Shown here: positions 1-7,912 of the stretch, in pieces
How positions within the stretch are numbered: the first letter of the stretch is position 1
Layout of the letters: each line of letters opens with the position of its first letter
DNA from: a virus
Taxonomy: Duplodnaviria; Caudoviricetes
Length of the DNA: 64,000 nucleotides
IMG/VR virus record: IMGVR_UViG_3300005937_000016
Location: 2,425-66,424 of that record
Reading direction: 5' to 3' (one strand)
Notes under the pieces: generated by a model
Told to the model about the DNA's origin: nothing
Seen by the model: the letters and a program-made list of their open reading frames with translations, nothing else
Database searches by the model: none
Program-made: the position numbers and the translations under genes

Positions 1-1047
1 GTCATTGGCTTTCTGAACTCGACCGGTCAGCGGTATCTCATGCGCATGGGCAAACTCGGCGCGCTCAGTACGGAATGGGGGTTGCAGATCTTCAATGAGG
101 CGGGTGCCACGATGTGGAATTTTAGCACGGGGGCCACCACGGAGGGGATCAGTGACGGCGCCATCAATGCCGTCAAGCTGCGGGCCAACATTATCGAGGC
201 CTATCATCTTGTCACCGACCGGGCAGTCATTACGGGGCAAGCGCAGATTGCCAATGCCATCATCGGCTCAGCCAAAATTACCGATGTCAGCGCCAATTTG
301 ATTACGACGGGCAAGCTAGCCTTTAACTATGCCATTGGCGGGTCCCCCACGACCCACCTCTTTCTCGATGGGCCCAATGAACAGTTCCAGGTGCTCGATG
401 GCAGCGGGGCCTTGCGCTGCGTCCTGGGCTATACCTATTCCTACGCCCTGGGTGTGTACGGCTATGGCCTCCAGATTTATGCGCCGGGTGGTGCCATCAT
501 GTGGGATTTGCATAGTGGCGCGTCCTCCCTGGGCATTCAGGATCTTGCGGTCACCAACGCGAAGATTCAAGATGCGGCGATCACCAACGCGAAGATCGGC
601 AACCTGGAAGTCGATAACGCCAAGATTGCCAACTTGACGGTCGGCACGGGCAAGATTGCCCCCAATGCCATTTCGGGCTCGCTGATTCATGCCACGTTTA
701 GCTGGACGATTACGGCGGGCACGCCCGTGGAACTCGCGACCGTGACGTTTCCCGAACTGCATGCCGGCGATGTCGTCTGGCTCGTGGGGACCGGGACGGC
801 GGTCGGCGCAGGCCAGGGCGGCGTCATCACCAACTTCAACCTGCGGGAAGACAACACCGGCGGCAACCTACACCAGCATACGGAAGTCATGGACGCAGCA
901 GGCAATGCCGCAGCACGTTTTAGCATGGCCGTGCAGGCCGTGTACCCGGTGCCCTCGGATATGTTTAATAAAACCTTTGTGCTGGAATCGACCGGCATCG
1001 GGTTGATTCAGAATGTGCGGCTGGTCGGGCTCCGACTGCAAAAGTGA
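1..1047 (+). CDS. C-terminal part of tail-tip / host-specificity (central fibre) protein, 5' truncated by the window
   Basis: Frame is open from base 1 (VIGFLNSTGQRYLMRM...). AKIxDAAITNAKI repeats are typical of the C-termini of gpJ-like tail-tip proteins. Confidence 0.7.
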   Translation, partial: VIGFLNSTGQRYLMRMGKLGALSTEWGLQIFNEAGATMWNFSTGATTEGISDGAINAVKLRANIIEAYHLVTDRAVITGQAQIANAIIGSAKITDVSANLITTGKLAFNYAIGGSPTTHLFLDGPNEQFQVLDGSGALRCVLGYTYSYALGVYGYGLQIYAPGGAIMWDLHSGASSLGIQDLAVTNAKIQDAAITNAKIGNLEVDNAKIANLTVGTGKIAPNAISGSLIHATFSWTITAGTPVELATVTFPELHAGDVVWLVGTGTAVGAGQGGVITNFNLREDNTGGNLHQHTEVMDAAGNAAARFSMAVQAVYPVPSDMFNKTFVLESTGIGLIQNVRLVGLRLQK

Positions 1048-1053
1048 GGCAGC

Positions 1054-1482
1054 ATGCTCCAGATCCAGTACCGCGTCAGTGATGGCTTCATTCAGAGTCT
1101 CTGGGATGCCAATCCGCCGAGCTTGCTGCTCAGCCAGGACACCAGTACGGATCCGGCCTATACGACGGCCCTCGTGGACAGCACGTTGTCGCCCACGATG
1201 ATCTTTGAGGGCTATTACATGCAGGACGGTGTGATGGTCGAGAAGCTGATGCTGACGCTCACCGCCACGCCGAACCCGTTTCCGGCCAATGGGGTGACCG
1301 AGTGCCAGGTCACGGTCACCCCGTTTGTGCCGTGTACGCTGCTCGTCGATAACCAGCCCATGACGCTCGCGGCGAGTGATCCGGTGCTGGAGATCACAGC
1401 CAGTACGCCACATACCTTTGTGATCAGCCTGGAACCCATGGCGGCGTATCGGGCCGCGACCATCACGGCGGAGGCGACCTAG
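1054..1482 (+). CDS. Hypothetical tail-associated protein
   Basis: RBS GAGG, coupled to neighbours, beta-rich, located in the tail-tip cluster. Confidence 0.55.
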   Translation: MLQIQYRVSDGFIQSLWDANPPSLLLSQDTSTDPAYTTALVDSTLSPTMIFEGYYMQDGVMVEKLMLTLTATPNPFPANGVTECQVTVTPFVPCTLLVDNQPMTLAASDPVLEITASTPHTFVISLEPMAAYRAATITAEAT

Positions 1483-1665
1483 ATGCCGAAACTGACGTAT
1501 CGCGGACCGGTACCCCAGCGTGGCCCGTTGTCGGCACGCGAGCGGGCGCTGGTGGAGATTATGCTGGCGCTGGTCAATGACGTACGGGTGGAGTTGGGCT
1601 TGGCGCCCCGAACGGAGGACGAGGCCCTGGCGCTCGTCACGACAGAGAAGGAGACACAGGCGTGA
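1483..1665 (+). CDS. Small hypothetical protein
   Basis: Abuts the upstream stop; plausible 60-aa ORF. Confidence 0.45.
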   Translation: MPKLTYRGPVPQRGPLSARERALVEIMLALVNDVRVELGLAPRTEDEALALVTTEKETQA

Positions 1666-1670
1666 GTCTT

Positions 1671-2513
1671 CTAGTCTGCCACAGCAGCTTGGCGCGTGCG
1701 CACGAGGGCAAAGTAGGTGTCCACGGCCTTCAGGATGCGCTTGGCTTTCGTAGCAGCGTAGCACGAGAAAAGCCATTCGTGGGCATCCCGAGCCTGTTTA
1801 GACGTGTTGCACCCACCTTGACCATCGCACAGGGGGATCATATTCGTTGCAATCGTTCCTGGGCACGTAGACGAGGCAAGCGGGATCCAGTGGTCATCGG
1901 CCAGGGTCCAGAAAAAGCCATCTTGATTGCCGCAGACGGCGCAGGCATGGTGCCAGTACTCCAACATAAAAGCCCGCTCATCGTGTGTAAACGTGTCAGG
2001 CAAACCATGTTTACGGGCCATGCGACGTGTCGCCGACAGCCGGGGAACATGCGGATTGGCTTGACGGTAGCGACGTTGACGGGGCAGATGCTGATCCCTG
2101 TTCGCCAGATACCAGCGGCGAAAGCGGGCGGCAAGCCGCTCAGGATGATGCAGGCGTTGTCGTTTCGCTTCTTCACGCCGGAGCAGGGGATTCACCGCAT
2201 GCTGCGCACGGCGCAGGGCATTCAGACGATCACGGTTGGCCTCCTTCCAGCGTTTGTCCGAAGGAAATGTACTGCCTGGGTACAAAGCGCGTTTGGTGCG
2301 ACGGCGCGCATTGCGGCGATCGCGCTGTTTCAGGGCTGTCGCACGGTCACTTGTTTTTCCGGCTTCGGTCTGACGCCAGCGTTTACGGCGGGCATTAATT
2401 TTGTCGCTATGGGTTTTCGCATAGGCGCTTCCATACGCACGACACTTGTCACGATTGCGCAGTCTGTAACGCTGCTGAGCAGCCCGACGTTGTGCAGGAT
2501 CTTTGTAAGGCAT
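1671..2513 (-). CDS. HNH endonuclease (free-standing homing-type)
   Basis: CAVCG...DHWIPL...N...C...CNTSK HNH motif after a basic helical N-terminus; start MPYKD with RBS AGGGA. Confidence 0.85.
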   Translation of the reverse strand: MPYKDPAQRRAAQQRYRLRNRDKCRAYGSAYAKTHSDKINARRKRWRQTEAGKTSDRATALKQRDRRNARRRTKRALYPGSTFPSDKRWKEANRDRLNALRRAQHAVNPLLRREEAKRQRLHHPERLAARFRRWYLANRDQHLPRQRRYRQANPHVPRLSATRRMARKHGLPDTFTHDERAFMLEYWHHACAVCGNQDGFFWTLADDHWIPLASSTCPGTIATNMIPLCDGQGGCNTSKQARDAHEWLFSCYAATKAKRILKAVDTYFALVRTRQAAVAD

Positions 2514-2617
2514 GGATTCCCTTTCATCACGGGGCATCAGAGGAGTGAGCGGCGGTCGGGCGATGAACTCCGACAGGTGTTGCAACACCTTGCCGCTCGC
2601 AAAGATTGTAACAGAAA

Positions 2618-2626
2618 ATTATAGCA
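2618..2626 (-). promoter_or_regulatory. Extended -10 promoter TGCTATAAT driving the HNH gene
   Basis: ATTATAGCA on the + strand in an AT-rich gap upstream of the HNH gene. Confidence 0.55.
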
Positions 2627-2655
2627 TAATTTAGTTAAAAAGAAAAGAGTTCAAA

Positions 2656-4236
2656 GTGGCCCAATTGGGATCTGGGACAGGCAGTAGCTATCCAGAGGCG
2701 ATTGATACGCGCCAGACGTTTCGCAATGGGCCTGCCCCAGCGCCCGATAGTGATACCCGCCTCGATAGTGAGGTGATCAATGACCTCCTGCACTCGATGG
2801 TCAATGTCCAAACGGCGCTCGGGGCCGGGATTCCGGGGGAGTTTGGCTCCCTCGCCGCGCGACTCAATCAGGTGCTCCCCGGTGGGGGCGGCACGCCGGG
2901 CCTCCTCCCCTTTTCGAACACCACCAGCTTGACCATTCCGGGCACGCAGCATAATGCCGGCCAGGCCGCCCTGCTCTGGCAGCTCTATGATAATCAGATT
3001 CCCGCGCATGCGATCCAACCCGGCAACGTCACCATGCAAGTCTCGCCGGCCACGTATGACGTGACGCTGACCTTTGCCGCGCCCACGTCCGGCGCCATGG
3101 CCCTGGGGATTCAAGCCCCCCTCTACGTGGGCACGTTTAGCAATGCGACCACGGTCAGTATTCCCGGCAGTGTGCACCAGCTCGCCAACGCTGACCTCCT
3201 GTACCAGCTCTACGACAACGCGAACCCGGCCAACGCGATTGAGCCCGGCTCCTTTACGGTCAACACCACGACGCGGGATGTGCTGATTACCTTCACGATT
3301 GCCCGCAGTGGCACCGTGATCCTGTCAAGTGGCGGCCCGGCCTATGCCGTCAACTTCAGTAGTACCACCAGTTTTACGGTGCTGGGCAGTGTGCATCAAT
3401 TGGGCACCACGGCGATCCTCTTCCAGGCCTACGATGCCGCGACCCCCGTCCGGGCGGCCCTCGGGGATCCCGATGTCAGTGTGCACCCGACCACGCTCGA
3501 TCTCACGGTGGCGTTTACCATCCCTACGAGCGGGCGGATCGTCTTTGGGGCCGCCTCCACGCTCACCGGGCGGGAGTTTGACTTGCGCGATACGGGGGTC
3601 GTGAATCAGACGGCGGTGCGGGTGCGTAGTCAGACGGGCACGCTCCATCTCCAGGCCGGATCAGGGGATCGCGTCGCGCTCGACGATAAAGTCGGCCAAA
3701 CGAAAATGATCCTCAATAGCGCGACGGGCGCCGTGGGCATCGGGGTCACCAATCCCACACACCAGCTCGAACTGAGTACGGGCGATGCCGTCAAGCTGGG
3801 GGGCGGGCCGTGGAATGCCCCCAGTATGGCCGCCCTCAAGGAAGCCATCACGCCGTTTACCGACGGCCTTGACACGGTGCTCGGCTTGGAGCCGATCCGC
3901 TACCAGTACAACGGCCGGGGCGGCATCGCCCGTACGGGGGAGCAGTTTGTGGGCTTGCTCGCGGAAGCCGTGCGGCCCGTGGCTCCGTATCTCGTGCGGC
4001 CGTACCAGGGGCAGCTGGAGCCGGGAGCCCCGCTCACGCCGATGCTCGCCCTCGATAGCGGGCCGCTGGTGTATCTGCTCATCAATGCGGTCAAAACCCT
4101 GCATGCGTGGCTGCTGGAGGCGCGGCACGCGCAGCAGCGGCTCGAGCAACAGGTGGCAGCCCTGGCGGCCCAGGTCGCCGCGCTGGCCGCCCAGCTCGCG
4201 CCACCCAGTCGCCCAGAGGAGGAATCGACCCCATGA
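2656..4236 (+). CDS. Tail fibre protein with C-terminal intramolecular chaperone (peptidase S74-like) domain
   Basis: W...S.AALKEAITP...GLDTVLGLEPIRYQY...GLLAE...LINAVKTL followed by a coiled coil; three internal repeats of about 75 aa. Confidence 0.8.
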   Translation: MAQLGSGTGSSYPEAIDTRQTFRNGPAPAPDSDTRLDSEVINDLLHSMVNVQTALGAGIPGEFGSLAARLNQVLPGGGGTPGLLPFSNTTSLTIPGTQHNAGQAALLWQLYDNQIPAHAIQPGNVTMQVSPATYDVTLTFAAPTSGAMALGIQAPLYVGTFSNATTVSIPGSVHQLANADLLYQLYDNANPANAIEPGSFTVNTTTRDVLITFTIARSGTVILSSGGPAYAVNFSSTTSFTVLGSVHQLGTTAILFQAYDAATPVRAALGDPDVSVHPTTLDLTVAFTIPTSGRIVFGAASTLTGREFDLRDTGVVNQTAVRVRSQTGTLHLQAGSGDRVALDDKVGQTKMILNSATGAVGIGVTNPTHQLELSTGDAVKLGGGPWNAPSMAALKEAITPFTDGLDTVLGLEPIRYQYNGRGGIARTGEQFVGLLAEAVRPVAPYLVRPYQGQLEPGAPLTPMLALDSGPLVYLLINAVKTLHAWLLEARHAQQRLEQQVAALAAQVAALAAQLAPPSRPEEESTP

Positions 4237-5951
4237 AACGGCTGCTGCTGAGTCTCGGCCTCCTGCTCCTGTGGACGCTCCCGGCCTGGAGCCAGGGACA
4301 GCTCATCGCGGGGGATCGTACCATCGCGGGGAAGGTCAATGCGGGCCTCACCACGGGGACGGCGACGGCCTATGTCCTGACGCTCAATCCGGCCCTGCCC
4401 GCCTACGTCAGTGACATGCAAGTGGCCTTCCGCGTCCACCTGACGAATACCGGGGCCGCCACCCTGGCGGTCAATGCGGCGGGTGCTAAGGCCATGAAGA
4501 AGTGGCAGAGCGGGACCCTGGTGGACCTGGCGGCGGGGGATCTCCAGGGCGGCATGAGCGTCGTGGCGTACTACGATGGGACCGTGATGCAGGTCCTCAC
4601 GCTGGGGACGGCGGCAACGGGACCAGGAGGCGGGGTGCCGACCAGTACGCAGGTCAATACGACGGCGCCCCTCACGGGCGGCGGCGATCTCTCCACCAAT
4701 CGCACGCATAGTTGTCCGACGTGCGTCACCAGTGCGGCGGCCCTGTCCAGTGGGTTGCCGGTGATTGGGGGTGGCCTCCAGGCGAGCAGTGTGGGCACCA
4801 AGTCGGGGAACACGACCAAGTTTGTCAGCATGGATGCCTCCACGCCGGCCGGGAATGACTGCGCCAAGTGGGACGCCAACGGCAACTTGACCACGGCGGG
4901 CGCAGCCTGTGGGGCAGGAGGCGCGGGCACGGGGGATGTGGCGAACGTGGGCACCTGTACCGGCCCCGATTGTTTTACCACGGCCAGCCCGAGCGGCCGC
5001 CTGACGTTTGCACCAGGGACCGCCCCGGCCACTCCCGCCGCGGGCAAGGCCGAGGTGTATGTGGACAGTACGAGCAAGAACATCGCTCTCAAGGATGACG
5101 CAGGGATCGTCAAGCATGGGGTGCAGACGTCCGTGGTGGCGACGGGGCAATACGTCACCGGGATTGACGATGCAGGCCTGCTGAGTAAGGCAACACCGAC
5201 CAAGGCAGACGTTGGCCTGGGCAATGTGGATAATACCAGTGATGCGACCAAGAATAGTGCGACGGCCATTCTCCAAAATAAGCAGGTCGATGCGCGGGTC
5301 GTCTTATGCAACCCGAGCGGCAGCAATATCACGCCGAATGCCGACACGACGGACGTCTGCTACAACTATGCCCTCACCGCCACCACGAATTTTGTGAAAC
5401 CCAGTGGCTCGAACATTCATGATCAGCAGCGCCTGGAAGTGGCCTTGAAAACGGCCGCGCCGCAGGCCCTGACCTGGGACCAGACAGCCGGCGGCTATAG
5501 CAGTGAATGCGGGCTTCCCTTACCGACGAGTACGACGGGCGACGGGACGGTCTACAATCACTTTCTCTTCCGCTATAGCACGACGAGTAATAAGTGGTGC
5601 TTATTGGCTAGTACGAAAGCTCCTCTTAGAAGTGTCGTCACCTTAACGAGTTCTCCTACGTATAGTTGCCAGTTTTCCCTTGCTGAACAATGCCAGATGC
5701 AGATGACCGGCACGGCGGGCACGGTCACCATGGGCGTCACCGGGGGCACACCGGACGATGGACAACTGCTCATGCTGGGCATTATGTGCACCAACGCACA
5801 AACATTAAGCTGGCCCTCGGGCACCTTTACGGCGAGTCGGGGGGTGCCGTTCCCGACCTCGTGCCCCGCCAGTACATCCGTCTGGGTCTTTGTAGGCTTG
5901 CGCTACTCCTCCACGCTGGCCCGCTGGCAGGGGATGGCGTCGACGGAATGA
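4233..5951 (+). CDS. Tail-fibre-like protein with N-terminal signal peptide
   Basis: ATGA overlap with the upstream gene; MKRLLLSLGLLLLWTLPAWSQ leader; TAYVLTLNPALPAY...NTGAATLAVN..GAKAMKK fibre domain; KADVGLGNVDNTSD fibre repeat. Confidence 0.7.
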   Translation: MKRLLLSLGLLLLWTLPAWSQGQLIAGDRTIAGKVNAGLTTGTATAYVLTLNPALPAYVSDMQVAFRVHLTNTGAATLAVNAAGAKAMKKWQSGTLVDLAAGDLQGGMSVVAYYDGTVMQVLTLGTAATGPGGGVPTSTQVNTTAPLTGGGDLSTNRTHSCPTCVTSAAALSSGLPVIGGGLQASSVGTKSGNTTKFVSMDASTPAGNDCAKWDANGNLTTAGAACGAGGAGTGDVANVGTCTGPDCFTTASPSGRLTFAPGTAPATPAAGKAEVYVDSTSKNIALKDDAGIVKHGVQTSVVATGQYVTGIDDAGLLSKATPTKADVGLGNVDNTSDATKNSATAILQNKQVDARVVLCNPSGSNITPNADTTDVCYNYALTATTNFVKPSGSNIHDQQRLEVALKTAAPQALTWDQTAGGYSSECGLPLPTSTTGDGTVYNHFLFRYSTTSNKWCLLASTKAPLRSVVTLTSSPTYSCQFSLAEQCQMQMTGTAGTVTMGVTGGTPDDGQLLMLGIMCTNAQTLSWPSGTFTASRGVPFPTSCPASTSVWVFVGLRYSSTLARWQGMASTE

Positions 5952-5962
5952 AAGGAACGTCT

Positions 5963-6478
5963 ATGCGGTATCTCGCCCTCGTGCTGAGTCTTCTGCTCCT
6001 GCCATGCCCTGTCTGGAGTCTCACGAGTGCCCAATATAGCCAACTCAAGACCGAGCTGGAATCCGATCCTATGCAACTCGGTTATAACGTTGATCCAACC
6101 TTTTACGTCACCAACAATGCCGATGCGGCCCTGGCGCCCATGCTCAACGCCGTGCATGAGGGCGTGCCGTACCAGATTGATGCCGTGATTACCAACACGC
6201 AACTGTGGAATGCCGCCACCAGTGCGGACCTGGATGCCCTGGCGACCCCCAAACGTGTCCTGTTGCAAATAGCCCTGCAGGTGGCCTCGTATGACATGGC
6301 CTTGCCCGAAACGTCCAAAAAACTGGGCGAAATCTTTCCGGCGGGCAGTGGTACAGCCACGAATATCGCGGCCCTCCAGAAACGCCAGGGCTCGCGGGCC
6401 GAGGTGCTCTTTGGGCGGGGCACGAGTCTGCGCGTCGCCGATATCAGTTGTGCCTTGCGGCAGGTGAGCTGCCCCTAA
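5963..6478 (+). CDS. Hypothetical secreted protein (paralog of 41560-42099)
   Basis: RBS AAAGGA; signal peptide MRYLALVLSLLLLPCPVWS; shared LTxxQxxQL..D and KRQ.sRAE.L motifs. Confidence 0.65.
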   Translation: MRYLALVLSLLLLPCPVWSLTSAQYSQLKTELESDPMQLGYNVDPTFYVTNNADAALAPMLNAVHEGVPYQIDAVITNTQLWNAATSADLDALATPKRVLLQIALQVASYDMALPETSKKLGEIFPAGSGTATNIAALQKRQGSRAEVLFGRGTSLRVADISCALRQVSCP

Positions 6479-6494
6479 TACAGGAGACATAGCG

Positions 6495-6974
6495 ATGCTG
6501 TACCTTCGTGTCTGGGCGCTCCTCCTCCTCGGGGTGGCGCCCGTCCTGGCGGGCCCGACGACCAACCTGCGGGGCACGAGCCAAACGTGGGCGAATATGA
6601 CCAGTTCTGTCAGCAACAATGCCGGGTTTCTCAGTGGGACGATCACGATTACCAGTACCGGCCATCTGTTTGCGGAATGCGAACTCAACGTCCCGTCCTT
6701 CAGTAGCACAGTCGCCGCGCAAGGAGCCGTCTCGTTCTGGGCCTGTCGCGAGATCGACGGAACGAACTATGAAGACTGCGACACCACCAATTTCAGCCAG
6801 CGCCGCCCGGATGCGGTCTTTCCCTTGCGCAGTGGGGCGAGTACAGCGCAGCGGGTCACGCAGGTGATTGTGATGCCGCCCGGCAACCCGAAAGCCCTGG
6901 TGCGCAATGAGTCCGGGGTGACGATGAATGCCACCTCGACGCTGAACTGTCGCCCCTTTACGCCGCAACAATGA
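6495..6974 (+). CDS. Hypothetical secreted beta-sandwich protein
   Basis: RBS AGGAG; signal peptide ending VLA; Thr/Ser-rich beta-strand pattern. Confidence 0.65.
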   Translation: MLYLRVWALLLLGVAPVLAGPTTNLRGTSQTWANMTSSVSNNAGFLSGTITITSTGHLFAECELNVPSFSSTVAAQGAVSFWACREIDGTNYEDCDTTNFSQRRPDAVFPLRSGASTAQRVTQVIVMPPGNPKALVRNESGVTMNATSTLNCRPFTPQQ

Positions 6975-6983
6975 GGAGGCCGG

Positions 6984-7910
6984 ATGCCCCGTCTGTGGAT
7001 GGTCGTGCTGCTGCTCCTCCTGGAGCCCTGGGCCGTGCGCGCGCAGCCCCTCACGCCGCCGGGCCGCCCGCTCGGCCCGCTAGCGGCCCCGGTGCCAGTG
7101 GTGCTGCAGCATCCCCTCGTGCGGGGCCTCGTGGGCTGGTGGCGGGTCAACCCGCCGTGGGTCGGCGGCCCCCGCCTCGTGAACCTGGTCAGTGCGGCGG
7201 CGGCCCAGCTAACCGGGGCGACCTGGACGCGGGCCACCCGCCTGGGCAGTGACGGCGCAATCACCATCCCGACCGCGGCAGCCTTTCTCCAGATTCCGCA
7301 GTATGGGGCGATCAATAACTTGGCCGCCTATACCATGATGTGTTGGATCAACCCGGCGAGTTTTGGCGGCGGCGAGAAAGGCTATATCTTTCAGAAGTCC
7401 GCGACCGGGGGGATCACGATTGGGATGCTCAATAGTACGCCAGGGACGCAGGGTATTCGCGTACTCCAGGACACGGACACCACGGGGGGATACTGGTATG
7501 CCAGCAACGTCATCACGCTGGGCAGCTGGCAGCATATCACGGTGGTCTATAATCGTGCTGCCCTGACGACGCCCCCGGCGCTCTACGTTAATGGCATCCC
7601 CGTCACGGTGACGACGGACGCAACGCCGACGGGCACGGTCAGCGATGATAGTGGCAATGACCTCTATCTCGGTCATGATGTGAGTGGCAATGATGGCCGC
7701 ACGTTTGACGGCGCGATGGATGATTGGCAGATTTGGAACCGGCTCCTCTCGGCCGCGGAGGTCCTCCAGGCCTATCGGCTGTCCCGCCAGGGCTGGCCGG
7801 GCGTCCTGCGACGCCAGACCGACCTGCTCGCCCTGGGCGCGGCCAGTGCCCCGACAGGCGGCGGCAAAGGGCGGTTTTTCCCCTTGTTATGGCCCGAGCA
7901 AAGGAAATAG
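6984..7910 (+). CDS. Secreted LamG / concanavalin A-like lectin-domain protein
   Basis: Signal peptide ending VRA; GLVGWW, YTMMCWINP, WQHITVVYN, LYVNG and FDGAMDDWQIWNRLLSAAEV LamG_3 motifs. Confidence 0.85.
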   Translation: MPRLWMVVLLLLLEPWAVRAQPLTPPGRPLGPLAAPVPVVLQHPLVRGLVGWWRVNPPWVGGPRLVNLVSAAAAQLTGATWTRATRLGSDGAITIPTAAAFLQIPQYGAINNLAAYTMMCWINPASFGGGEKGYIFQKSATGGITIGMLNSTPGTQGIRVLQDTDTTGGYWYASNVITLGSWQHITVVYNRAALTTPPALYVNGIPVTVTTDATPTGTVSDDSGNDLYLGHDVSGNDGRTFDGAMDDWQIWNRLLSAAEVLQAYRLSRQGWPGVLRRQTDLLALGAASAPTGGGKGRFFPLLWPEQRK

Positions 7911-7912
7911 CC

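Noticed and set aside
4107-4232. Longer N-termini given by the ORF track for 4107, 5690, 7724, 48638, 30525 and similar
   Set aside because: They overlap upstream genes; the downstream starts have an RBS or stop-start coupling and expose signal peptides.
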